A stretch of 64,000 bases of DNA from Hemiscyllium ocellatum (Eukaryota), in NCBI RefSeq assembly GCF_020745735.1, contig NC_083409.1, positions 9,351,534 to 9,415,533 of the forward strand, written 5' to 3'. The position numbers were made by a program, and so were the translations under genes. A model generated the notes under the pieces. The model was not told where the DNA came from and did not search any database. It saw only the letters and a list, made by a program, of their open reading frames with translations. Positions 38,795-50,500 of this stretch are shown piece after piece; the first letter of the stretch is position 1; every line of letters begins with the position of its first letter.

Positions 38795-38887
38795 AAGTGT
38801 GAGGGGCTGACGTGGCTCTCTCTGCCTGATGCCATTTACATACTGAGGAACACCCAGTCAGACTCTCACAGGCTGCAGCTTTATAAA
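38791..38887 (+). promoter_or_regulatory. V promoter: PU-box, CRE/UPRE-like site, variant octamer, TATA
   Basis: GAGGAAGTG 38791-38799, TGACGTGG 38808-38815, ATTTACAT 38834-38841 (octamer ATTTGCAT with one change), TATAAA 38882-38887; order and distance to ATG match Ig light-chain promoters. Confidence 0.8.
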
Positions 38888-38947
38888 GCAGAGCCCAGTG
38901 AAGGGAGAGTTTATCAGGAACCAGGCACAGGGACAGGAGCACACACC

Positions 38948-38996
38948 ATGATTACACACATCCAGCTGATCTGGCCCCTGGCATTCTGTGTCGCAG
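38948..38996 (+). CDS. IGKV: Ig kappa-type light chain leader exon (MITHIQLIWPLAFCVA-G)
   Basis: ATG at 38948 (cacaccATG), 16 codons + 1 nt, GT donor at 38997; hydrophobic signal peptide; phase 1 joins in frame to the V exon at 39183. Confidence 0.95.
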
Positions 38997-39182
38997 GTAC
39001 AAATCTCTCTCCTTCCACCTTGAATCTTTCGCTGCTCTCCATTTCACTCCAATTCCACTGACTTGTGATTGAAGGGAAAATGCTGAAACCAGAGGAATGC
39101 TCAGTGTCTCCAACAATCTCTCATTTGACCGGCTCTTTCTGTGACAGTTCTGACTTCACTGTGTTTCTCTCTGACCCCTCAG

Positions 39183-39493
39183 GTATCAATGGGGAGATTA
39201 TCATGACCCAGTCTCCCCCGGTGCTGTCAGTGGAACTGGGCCAGACTGCAACCATCACCTGTACGGCCAGTCAAAGCATTAGCAGCTACCTCAGTTGGTA
39301 CCAGCAGCGAGAAGGTCAGAAACCCTCTCTCCTGATCTATGCTGCAACATCTCGATTCACAGGAGTCTCCGAGCGATTCACCGGCAGTGGATCAGGGACC
39401 AGTTACACCCTGACAATCAGCAACGTTCAGAGTGAGGATGTCGCTGACTATTACTGTCAGCAGGATTACAGCTGGTATAGCAGCTCCGCTCAA
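39183..39493 (+). CDS. IGKV: Ig kappa-type V exon, unrearranged, open ([23 protein letters not shown]...WYQQ...[19 protein letters not shown])
   Basis: Pyrimidine tract + AG acceptor at 39181-39182; both V-domain Cys, [12 protein letters not shown] and DYYC motifs; no stops; ends directly at a heptamer. Confidence 0.97.
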
Positions 39494-39521
39494 CACAGTG
39501 ATACAGAGCCATACCAAAACC
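39494..39521 (+). other. V recombination signal, 12-bp spacer
   Basis: CACAGTG (39494-39500), 12-nt spacer ATACAGAGCCAT, nonamer ACCAAAACC (one mismatch to ACAAAAACC). Confidence 0.97.
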
Positions 39522-39953
39522 TCAAGACACACAGCACCACCTCATGCACTGACACATCAATCAGTTATATAAAATGTATAATAATGGACACACAGTCCCA
39601 CAGCCTGAACTGACACATCCACAATTAGATACAAATGAAACTGAACAAATTACCCCATGCTGGGATTGTAACTGTCCATGACACACTCCAGTCCCTGTGG
39701 TGTCCACCGCTCACTGAAGGCCTCAAGTTTCCCTCTGACACTCCATGACCACGCGTGAAGAACAGCTGCAAGATTTAATATCGAAAAATAAATTTCACAA
39801 AGCTCCCAAGCCCAGCTGGACACAGAGAGAGATGGAGACAGAAAGACACATGAATGAGGGAGAGACAGAGAGGGGCAGAAAGAAGTTGAGAGTGAACGAG
39901 AGACTGGGAGACAGGGAGAGGTTGAGAGTGATGGGGGGGAAGCAGAGAGCAGA

Positions 39954-39992
39954 GGTTTTTGTACAGCCTCTGCACTGGGAACTCTCACTGTG
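39954..39992 (-). other. J recombination signal, 23-bp spacer
   Basis: On + strand GGTTTTTGT (39954-39962), 23-nt spacer, CACTGTG (39986-39992); perfect consensus. V12/J23 is the kappa configuration. Confidence 0.98.
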
Positions 39993-40027
39993 GGACACGT
40001 TCGGTAAAGGAACCAAGCTCAGACTGA
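39993..40027 (+). CDS. IGKJ: Ig kappa-type J segment (DTFGKGTKLRL)
   Basis: FGxG motif right after the 23-RSS; consensus donor A|GTAAGT at 40028, phase 1, compatible with the C exon. Confidence 0.97.
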
Positions 40028-40400
40028 GTAAGTAAACCTCAATCCTCTGTTATTAACCCTTTCAATACTGAAACACACTTTCTAAAATACAGTTACTGAT
40101 TTGTTGAAGGTGTTAGTGGGGAGCTGCAGTGAACGAAATGGTTGATTAAGGAGCACTGTGTCTAACAGTTGTCCAACCGTACCACTTCAGTTCCATTGCC
40201 CCCTTTAAGAAGCAAGATATAAGTCAGTCAGTTTTACTCACCGTGTGGAGGAGCTCTGTCCATTTGCAGCCTGTGGTCCCATTCCTGCAGCATGGAGTGA
40301 AATCAGTGAGTAGCCTCCTGCCAGTCTCAGTGTGACGGACACGGGGCAGAGTTTGATGTGAGCTCTGGCTCCCTGTCCCAGTCTCTGATCTCACTGACCT

Positions 40401-40430
<30 letters not shown>
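40401..40430 (+). repeat. (CAG)10 microsatellite; paralog is (CTG)5 at 6269-6283
   Basis: Direct count. Confidence 0.95.
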
Positions 40431-40432
<2 letters not shown>

Positions 40433-43400
40433 CAGTGAGACACCGAGCTCCCACCTCCCCCAGCTTTAACTCTGCTCAATCACACAATCACAGAATAGTT
40501 ACAGTGCACAAGGAGGCCATTCCGTCCATCCTGTCTGTCATGGTTCTCCGACTGAGCAATTCACTGAGTGTCATTCTCCTGCCTTCTCCCTGTCACCCTG
40601 CACATTGTTCCTTTTCAAATAACAGTCTCATTCCCTTCGGAATGTTTTAATTGAAGCTGCCTCCACCACACTCTTAGGCAGTGCATTCCACACCTTAACC
40701 ACCCACTGGCTGAAAATGTTGTTCCCCCTCTCACTTTTGTTACTTTTACTTATTACTTTAAATCTGTGTTCTCTCGGTCTCAATCCTTTCTCAATTGGGA
40801 ACATTTTCTCCCTATTTACCCTGTCCAGGCCCCTCCTGGTTTTAATTCCTCAAACAAATCTCCTCTCAGCCTTCGCCAAAGAAGACAGTCCCAAATTCTC
40901 CAATCAATCTGTATAACTGATGTTCCTCATCCCTGGAAGGATCTTCAGGAATATTTTTTGCCATTTCTACAAAACTTCAGCTCCTTCCTGAATTATTCAC
41001 ATTTTCTATGACCCTCATGATTTTATAAACCTTTACAAGGTCACTCCTCAGACTCTTACGTGTCAGAATAAAAAGTTTCAGCTTTTCCAGCTTCTCATCG
41101 TCATGGAGTCATACAGCGTGGAAACAGACCTTTCAGTTCAACTTGTCCATACTAACCAGATATCCTAAATCACCTCATCCCATTTGCCAGCATTTTGCTT
41201 ACATTCCTCAAAACCCTTCCGATTCATGTACCCATCCCAATGCGTTTTAAATGCTGTAATAGTATCTGCCTCCAATACTTACTCTGGCAGCTCGATCCAG
41301 ACACATACCACCCTCTGTGTGACAAGTTACCCCTCAGGTCCCTTTTGAATATTTTGCCTCTCACCTTAAACCTATGCCATCTTGTTTTGGACTCCCTTTC
41401 CCAAAGAAAAGGCCTTGGATATACACCCTGTCCATGCCCCTCATGATTGTATAAACATCTATAAGGTCACCCCGAAGCCTTAGATGCTGTAGGAAAAATA
41501 GACCCAGTTTCTTCAGCCTTTCCCTATAGCTCAAACCCTCCAATTCCTGGCCATGTCCTTGTAAATCTTTTCTGCAGCTTTATAAGTTTAACAGCATCCT
41601 TCCTATTTTCAAGGTGATCAGGATTGTTCACATTATTGCCAAAGTGGCCTCACTAATCTCCTGTACAGCTGCAACATGATGTCCCAACTCCTATACTCAA
41701 AATAGTGACCAATAAAAGCAAGTGTACCCAACACCTTCTTCATCACCCTGTCTACTTGTGACCCCACTTTCAAGTAATAATGCACTTGCATCTTCAATCC
41801 GAGGTCTCTTTGTTCAGCAACACTCCACAGGGCCCTCCCATTAACTGTCTAACTCCTGCCCTGGGTTGCCTTTCCAAAATGCAACATCTCACAGTTATCT
41901 AAACTGAACTCCATATGCTACACCTCTGCCCATTGCCCCATCTGATGAAGGTCCCGCTGTACTCTGAGATGAATTTCTTCGCTATCCACTATCGTACCAA
42001 TTTAGATATCATCTACAAACTTACTGTAACTCCTATATTCACATCCAAATCATTTCTATAAAATAGTGAATCCAGCACCAATGTTAGTGGCACACAGCTA
42101 TTCACAGATCTCCAGTCTGAAAAGCAACCTTTTACCACCACTCCTGTCTCCTATCTTCAATCCAATTTTTTTATCCCAATGGCTCACTCCCCCTGGATCC
42201 CATGTGGTCTAACCTTACTAACCAGTCTATCATGTGGAACCTTGTCAAAAACTTTACTGAAGTCCATATTGACAATGTCTATTGTTCTATCTCCATAAAT
42301 CTTCTTTGTCACCTCCTCAATCAAATTCAGGAGACATGATTTCCTATGCATAAAACCACATTGATTATCCAAAGAATGTAAATCCTATCCCACAGAATCC
42401 ACTCCAACATCTTACCCAACACTGACATCAGGCTCACTGGTCTATAATTCCCTGGCTTTTCCTTACAGTCTTTCTTTCTTAAATAATGGCATAACATTAG
42501 CCAACCTCTCTGGTTCTCCAGCACCTTACCCATAGTTGTCAGTGATACACATATCTCAGTAAGGGGCCCAGCAATCTCTTCCCTAGTTTGCCACAATGTT
42601 CTGGGATACACCTGATCAGGTCCTAGGGTTTATCTACTACTTTTATGTGTTTTCAGATCTTGAGCGTCTCCTCATTTGTGTGTGGTCTCTTTTCAAGACA
42701 TCACTATTTTTCCAAATTCCCTAGCTTTCTCCACAATATATACTGACCTGAAATATTTGTTTGGGATCTCACCCATGTCTTGTGTCTTACCAAAATATAG
42801 CACTCACATGTATCTGAATTAAACTCCATCTGCCATTCCTCAGCCCACTGGCCCAGTTGATCAAGATTCCATTGTATTCTTAGACAGCCTTCTTCACTGC
42901 CAATGATTAGATTAGAGCCTCTACGGGGTCGAAACAGGCCCTTCTGCCCAAAAAGTCCTCACCGATCCTCCGAAGAGTAACCCACCCAGACCCATTTCCC
43001 TCTCAGTAATGCATCTAACACTGTGGGCAATTTAGCATGGCCAATTCACCTGACCTGAACATCTTTGGACCATGGGAGTAAACCAGAACACCCGGAGGAA
43101 ACCCACGCAGACACAGGGAGAATGTGCAAACTCCACACAGACAGTTACCCAAGGCTGGAATCGAACCTGTGACCCTAGCTCTGAGAGGCTGCAGTGCTAC
43201 CCACTGAGCCACCGTGCTGCCCCACCTGAGCCACCACTGAGCCACCGATGCCACCTGAAAATTCACCTGAACACACTCTCACAACTCTGGGCCCTTCCTG
43301 CCCATTACACTGCTACTATCCCAGTCTATATTCAGAAGCTAAAGACCGCCCCGCCCATTTATAACAACTCTATCATATTTGCAGGTCTCTGTAAATTCAT

Positions 43401-45272
43401 GCATTTGTATTCTTCCACATCCTTCCCACTGGGAGGTGACTTATTGACTGAACTGAGGATTCTGTGTTCCTTTGTGTTCCTCTTTGACATTCTCTCCTGG
43501 TTCGCACAGCCCTGCCAAGTTAGTTTAAACCCTCTCTAACTGCATGAGTAAACCACCTCACAAAAATCCAAAGACCTCCCTCATGGATCCTCTTTCCAGC
43601 CCCACAGTCACCTGTGCTCACCTCCTGATTCTATTCTCACCTGCATGTAGCACTGGAAGTCATCCGGAGATTCCTCCTTTTCAGTTCCTGCTGCTAATTC
43701 CCTCCAGAGCTCCCAACCTTCTGACTGCAGGACCACGTTCCTTTTTCTCCATCCATCACTGGGACCAATGTGGACTATGACTGCTGGCTGTTCCCCCTCT
43801 CCCCTCAGGGTGCTCTGCAGCCGCTCAGTGACATCCTTGACCTTGGCATCAGAGAGACAACACACCATCCTGGATTCCCATCTGCAGCTGCAGAAACACC
43901 TATCGATGCCCTCACTCTCAAATATCCTCTCACTATCGCTCTTCCAGTTTTCCTTCTGCCCTCCTGTATAGCTGAGCCCCCCCCCCCACCGTGGTGCCAG
44001 GGACTTGGCTCTGGCTGCACTCCCCAGATGAACCATCATTCTCATCAGGATTCTGAACTGAATCCTAGTTGGAGAGTGGGAGGCACTCAGGGATTCCTGT
44101 ACTAGCTGCCTGGTCCTTTTGGACTGTCTGCTGCTCCCCCATTCCCTCTCTCCCTGCATACTCTGAAGGTGCAGAGTGACCACATCTAGAAACGTGCTCT
44201 CCACGGAGCTCTCAGCCTCACAGATGCTCTCCACTGACACCAGCTGCTGCTCAAGCTCCAGAACCTGGAGCTCCAACTGCTGTCACTGACCACACTTCCT
44301 GCACTCATGGTATTCCAGGAGCTGGGAAGCATTCTGAAGTTCCCACCTAAATGCACACTCTCTCCACTCTTTGGTTATCTGTTGATAAACAGCTACAGCA
44401 GGGCTCACAGTCCAGTAAGTTCAGTGTTCCAGGGTTTTGGGAAACTCTCCAGAAGACTTTAAGAAATAGGAGCAGAAATCAGCCATTCAGCCCATTGAAT
44501 CTGCTCTGCAATTTGATCTTGGCAGATATGCTTCTCAACCCCATTCTCCTGCCTACTCCACAGGAATTTTCCATCCCCTTAACAATCACAAACCTATCTA
44601 TCCCTGTCTTAAATACACTCAGTGACTTGGCCTCCACTGCCCTCTGCAGCAATAAGTTCAACAGATTCACCACCCTCTGGCTGAAGAGATTCACCCTTAT
44701 CTCAACTCTAAAGAGTCGGCCCTTCATTCTGAGGCTGTGCCTTGGTTACCGAGTCTCTCCTGTTTTTGGAAACATCTTCTCTGCATCCACTCTATCCAGG
44801 CCTGTCAGTATTCTGTAAATTTCAATAAGATCCCTCTTCATCCTTCTAAAGTCCATTGAGTACAGACCCAGAGTCCTCAAGCACGCCTGATATGACAAGC
44901 CCTTCATTGCCAGGATCATTCTTGTAAACCCCTCCAATGCCAGTACATTGTTCTATTAAAATATGGGTCCCAAAAATGCCCACAATATTCCAAATACAGT
45001 TTGACCAGAGCCTTACACAGCCTCAGCAGTACATCTCTGCTCTTGTATTCTGGCCCTATTGAAATGAATGCTATCATTTCATTTGCCTTCTCAAGCACAA
45101 ACTGGACCTGCCTGTTAACCTGAATGAGGTTTGTGCTTTAGATTTCCAAAGGCTTTCCTCATTTAGCAAACAGTCTTTGTATTTCTTCTTGTGTTCTATC
45201 TGCCACTTCTTTGCCAACTCTCAGAGCCTATTAGGACCTTTTACAGCCTTCCCACTTCCTCAACACTACCTT

Positions 45273-45597
45273 TAGATTAGAGATTACTTTAGATTACTTA
45301 CAGTGTGGAAACAGGCCCTTCGGCCCAACAAGTCCACACCGACCCACCGAAGCGAAACCCACCCATACCCCTACATTTACCCCTTACCTAACACTACGGG
45401 CAATTTACGTGGCCAATTCACCTGACCCGCACATCTTTGGACTGTGGGAGGAAACCGGAGCACCCGGAGGAAACCCACGCAGACACGGGGAGAACGTGCA
45501 AACTCCTCACAGTCAGTCGCCTGAGTTGGGAATTGAACCCAGGTCTCTGGCGCTGTGAGGCAGCACTGCTAACCACTGTGCCACCGTGCCGCCCCTC
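45273..45597 (-). mobile_element. Young tRNA-derived elasmobranch SINE (HE1-like)
   Basis: A/B-box head GGCACGGTGGCACAGTGGTTAGCA...GGTTCAATTCC on -, (taatctaa)n tail; empty site in left arm near 2565. Confidence 0.9.
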
Positions 45598-47232
45598 CTG
45601 TCCCTCCACCTATCTCATGTTGTCTGCAAACTTAGCAACAATGTCTTCACTTCCTTCATCCAGATTGTTAATGTATAACGTGAATAGTTATTGTCCCAAC
45701 ATTGACACCTGCAGAACTCTACCAGTCACCAGCTGCCATCTTTCCTCACTCTCTGCTTTATGCCAACCTGTCCGTTCTCAGTCCATGCCAGTACATTGCC
45801 CCTAACACCGTGGGCGCTTATCTTATGTCAAATACCTTCTGGAAATCAAAATACATTACTTCCTCGGACTCTCCTTTGCCTGACTGGCTCATTGCCTCCT
45901 CAAAGAATTCTAACACATTTGCCAGGCATGACCTCCCCTTGATGAAACCGTGTTGACTCAGCCCTATTTTACCATTGCACTTCCAAGTCCACCGGGTGAC
46001 ACTGTGGCACATTGGTTAGCACTGCTGCCTCACAGCGCCAGGGACCTGGGTTCAATTCCTGCCTCAGGCGACTGACTGTGTGGAGTTTGCATGTTCTCCC
46101 CGTGTCTGTGTGGGTTTCCTCCAGGTGCTCCGGTTTCCTCCCACAGTCCAAAGATGTGCGGGTCAGGTGAATTGGCCTTAGCCTTAGGCAAGGGGTATAT
46201 ATCCCCCATCAAATCTCCACCTCCACACCCTGACTCCATTGATTCCTGAAAGATCATCACCAATGCCTCCACAATCTCTTCAGTGATCTCCTTCAGAACA
46301 CACTGGTGTAGTTCATCCAGTCTGGGGGAGTTATCCAAATTCAGACCTTCCAGCTTCCCCAGTACCTCCTCCTTACTGATGGCCACTACACGCCTGAACT
46401 GCCCCCTGACAGTCTGGAAGTACTGGTACACTGCTGGTGTTTTCCATGGTGCAGACTGATGCAAAGTATCGATTCAATTCCTCGGCTATTCCTTCATTTC
46501 CTACTATTCTTTCTCCAAACTCATTTTCCAGTGATCCAATGTCTAGTTTTGCCTCCCTCTTCCTTTTTATATATTTGCTAAAACTCTTGCAATCTTCTTT
46601 TATATTACTGGCTAGATAACTCCCAGATTTCATCTTCTCCACCCTTAATGCTTTTTTAGTTATCCTCTATAGCTCTTTAAAGACTTCCTAATCCTCTGGC
46701 TTCCCACTATTCTCCACCACATTGGATGCTTTTTCTTTTGCTTTTATGCTGTCCTTGACCTCCCTCATCAGCCATGGTTGCCTTGTCCTCCCCTGAGAAT
46801 GTTTTTTTCTTTTTTGGGATGAATTCCTACTCTACTTCCTGAATTACCCCCAGAAACTCTGCTGTTTGCTGCCCCACCATCTTACCTGCTCGGCTCCCCT
46901 TACAACCAACTCTGGCCAGCTCCTTCCTCATGTCTTTGCAGTTACCTTTACTCAACTGAAATACAGTTCCATCTGATTGTAGCTTCTCTCTCTCAAACTA
47001 CAGGGGGAATTATGGTCACTTATCCAGAGTGATACTTTCACCTTAAACTCACTAATCATGTTTGCCTCATTCCACATCACTGAATCCACACCTGCCTGTT
47101 CCATCATGGCTCAACCACAAGCTGCTCCAAAAACCATCTCGTAGACATTCCATGAAATCCTTTTCTTTCGATGCACTACCCAGTCCACCTATCCATTGAG
47201 GTCTACCCTGACATTTAGTTTATCCCTTTTCT

Positions 47233-47525
47233 GGGCGGCATGGTGGCACAGTGGTTAGCACTGCTGCCTCACAGCGCCTGAGACCCAGGTTCAATTCCTA
47301 TCTCAGGCGACTGACTGCGTGGAGTTTGCTCGTTCTCCCCATGTCTGCGTGGGTTTCCTCCCACAGTCCAAAGATGTGCAGGTCAGGTGAATTGGACATG
47401 CTAAATTGCCCGTAGTGTTAGGTAAGGGGTAAATGTAGGGGTATGGGTGGGTTGCGCTTCAGTGGGTCGGTGTGGACTTGTTGGGCTGAACAGCCTGCTT
47501 CCACACTGTAAGTAATCTAATCTAA
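47233..47525 (+). mobile_element. Young tRNA-derived SINE with TTTTCTG target-site duplication
   Basis: Same family; TTTTCTG at 47227-47233 and 47526-47532; single copy at the left-arm empty site 1179-1185. Other copies: ~36015-36365 (+), ~42905-43250 (-), ~45985-46170 (+), ~48310-48625 (+), ~54860-55095 (-). Confidence 0.9.
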
Positions 47526-50500
47526 TTTTCTGTCTCCTGATTGATTTCCTTCCCCACACCCTGATTACTGCTTGGAGACCTGGACATAACTTGCATCAGA
47601 TTCTTTATTGTGGTTCCTCAGCTCTACCCACACAGATTCTACACCTTCTGACTTCTTGCTATTGATTGAATTTTATTTCACACTAACAAGGCAACTCTTG
47701 CCCCTCTGCCCATCTGCCTGTCCTTTTGATAGGACATGGATCCTTGGATATTTAGTTCCCAGCCCAGACCCCCTTACAGCCATGTCTCTGTGATACCCAC
47801 AACATCGTACCTACCAGTTTCAATCTGCACTACAAGCTCATTGTGTATACTGTGTGCATTTAAGTACAACACCCTCAGTCCTGCATTGACTGCCCTCCTT
47901 CTCATCATTGTCCTCTTATCTGCTGTGCTTGAAGTTCGACTCTTGTTCCTTTCTGTACTCTCTGTCCTAGGTTGTCTTCTAGAAACTTGAATAACCTCTC
48001 CTGAGCCCTCCTCCACTTTAACTAGTTTAATTCCTTGGACACTCAATTTACCTTGATTTATTGCGTCACTTTGTCTACCTTATTCGGAATGCTTTGTGCA
48101 TTTAGTTACAAACTCTTTAAATTTATTCTATTATTGATTTTCCCTGCACTTCTTTAGTTCCTTTGATATTCAAAAAATCCGTCCCCATCTTTTATTTTCT
48201 GGTAACAATCAATCCCACCACTAACCAACAATCGACCTTCTCCTTCACCTTCTGTTTTCTCATTTTCCATCCAACTGAACCAAATTACTTTATGTGTCGA
48301 TTGACCTAAGGCATGGTGGCTCAGTGGTTAGCACCGCTACCTCACAGCGCCAAGGATACGGGTTCAATTCCTGCCTTGGGAAACTGTCTGTGTGGTGTTT
48401 GCACATTGTCCCTGTGTCTGTGTGGGTTTCCCCCAGGTGCTCTGGTTTACTCCCACTGTCCAAAGATGTGCAGGCCAGGTGAATTGGCCATTCTAAATTG
48501 CCTACAGTGTTAGATGAAATAGTCAGGAGTAAATGTATGGAATGTTTCTGGGTGGGCTGCTGTTTGGAGAGTTGGTGTGGACTTGTCAGGCTGAACTGCC
48601 TGTTTCCACACTGGAGGGAATCTAATCAGGCCAATATTTCTCATTATTGCTCTTTGATCTCTTGCTTCTACTTGGATCCTGCTGTGTAGAAACTGGCTGC
48701 CACCTTCCTGACATTGCAACAGTGACTCCTTGTCAAACAAAACTGTCTGTAAATGTCTTTGGAAGAGCCTGAAATGTTAAGGGCTGGATTGATGCCCATA
48801 TGCTCTAAACTTTTCTGATTTACATATCCATGCCTTTTAAATGTTTTAATCATACCAGCCTTCACCACTTCTTCTGGCAGCCCATTTCATACATTTAACA
48901 CCATCTGAATGAAAACGTTGTTCTTTAGGTCCCTTTTAAATCTTTCCCCTGTCACCTTCAACCTATGCCCTCCAGTTCTGGACTCCCCCACTCTGGAGAA
49001 AAGATCTTCTCTATTCACCCTATCTATGCTGCTCATGATTTTATAAACCTCCATCCGGTCACCCATCAACCTGCAATGATCCAGGGAAAACAGCCTCAGC
49101 CTATTCAGCCTCTCCCGATAGCTCAAACCCTCCAACCTTGGCAACATCCTTGTAAATCTTTTCTGAACCATTTTAAGGTTCACAACATTTTTCCTCCAGC
49201 AGGGAGACCAGAATTACACACAGTATTCCAAAAGTGCCCTAACCAATGTCTGTCAGCCACAAGAGCTCCCAACTCCAATACTCAATGCACTGACCAATAA
49301 AAGAAAGCAAACCAAATGACATTGTCACCCCCCCCCCCCCCCACCCCCCCCACCTACCTGCAACCTCACTTCCAGTGAAGTATTCTTTTTTTTTGGATGA
49401 ACTGAGAGTCTTCCAGTTGTGAAAGATGCCATTCCATGGACTTTTGGATGAAGAGCAGGCAGTTCCCCCTGGTGTCCCTAATCAATATTTATCCCCCAGT
49501 CAAAATCAATGAAAATCTGTTTCTCTTCTTTTTATCATATTGTGTTTGGGATCTCGCTGTGCACAGTCTGCAGGAAAGATCCATTGGGACATCTTGATTT
49601 GGGGACAGGTGCTTCACAAATGCAAGTCTTTCTTTAAGTTTGAAGTCTCCTGATCCGAACACTCACCCATTGTCTGTGCACTCTCACCTTCCGGGGGCAT
49701 GGGGTCATTAGGAGCAGTGACCCAAAGGACACTGAGACTCTTTGCAGCCTCACCCTTGACCTCAGCCCAGCAGTGTGCAGCAAGGTTTGAAATGTAATCT
49801 AGAACCTTCTACACAGACACCCCAATGTGACTCATTCCCGAAGTGTGTGGATCCGAGTCTGCTCCAAAGTTCTCGGATAAATTTCTCCTGATCTGTGGGT
49901 GATCGGAGGTTTGTTAAAGAAGTATCAAGATCCGTCCCACTTTCCAGCTCTTGCTCCATAGCTCTGGAGGTTTCACTGTTTGAAGTGAATACCCAAGTGT
50001 TTTTTTCAAAGTGATGAGGGTTTCTGCCTCTCCCACCCTTTCAGGCTGTGAGTCCCACATCCCACCAAGCTCTGGGTGAAAACAAATACCCTCAACTCCC
50101 CTATAATCCTGCCCCCAACTGATTTCAATCTCTCCCCATGGTTATTGCCCTCTGTGCTGGTGGAAATCAGTCCTTCCTACCCACTCTGTCCAGGCCCCTC
50201 ATCATTTTACACACCACCATCAAATCTCCCCTCAGCCTCCTGTGTTCCAACAAAAACACTCCCAGCCAATCCAAACATTCCTCAAAACTCAAAGTTCCCA
50301 TTCCAGACAAACTCTTCCTCTGTCCTGGTCTCCTGTGGGATCACATCCTTCCTATAATGTGGTGACCAGAACCGTACACTGTTCTCTCACTGTGCTCTAA
50401 CTGGGGTTTTATACAGTTCCAGAATAAACAAACTCCTTGCTTTCACAGTCAACCAAAAATGAGATAAGGGAGGTGATGGTCTAATGGTGTTATTGCTGAG

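Larger units (their letters stand above)
32190..48890 (+). repeat. Right arm of the inverted segmental duplication
   Basis: Same matches as for the left arm; interrupted by arm-specific SINE and LINE insertions. Confidence 0.9.

Noticed and set aside
39522-39953. D segment or extra RSS between V and J (CACAGCA, CACAGTC at 39591, CACAGCC)
   Set aside because: No acceptable nonamer at 12 or 23 bp (best is ACAATTAGA, 5/9); light chains lack D.
40224-40454. ORF MGARCLTVLLLLLL... as a secreted protein (also 6245-6445)
   Set aside because: Starts at GTG with an in-frame stop just upstream; poly-Leu is only the (CTG)n microsatellite; the two copies differ by a 1-nt frameshift.
47233-47310. tRNA genes at SINE heads (also 36015, 43160, 45530, 45990, 48310)
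   Set aside because: A/B boxes continue into SINE body and tail with TSDs; no complete cloverleaf.
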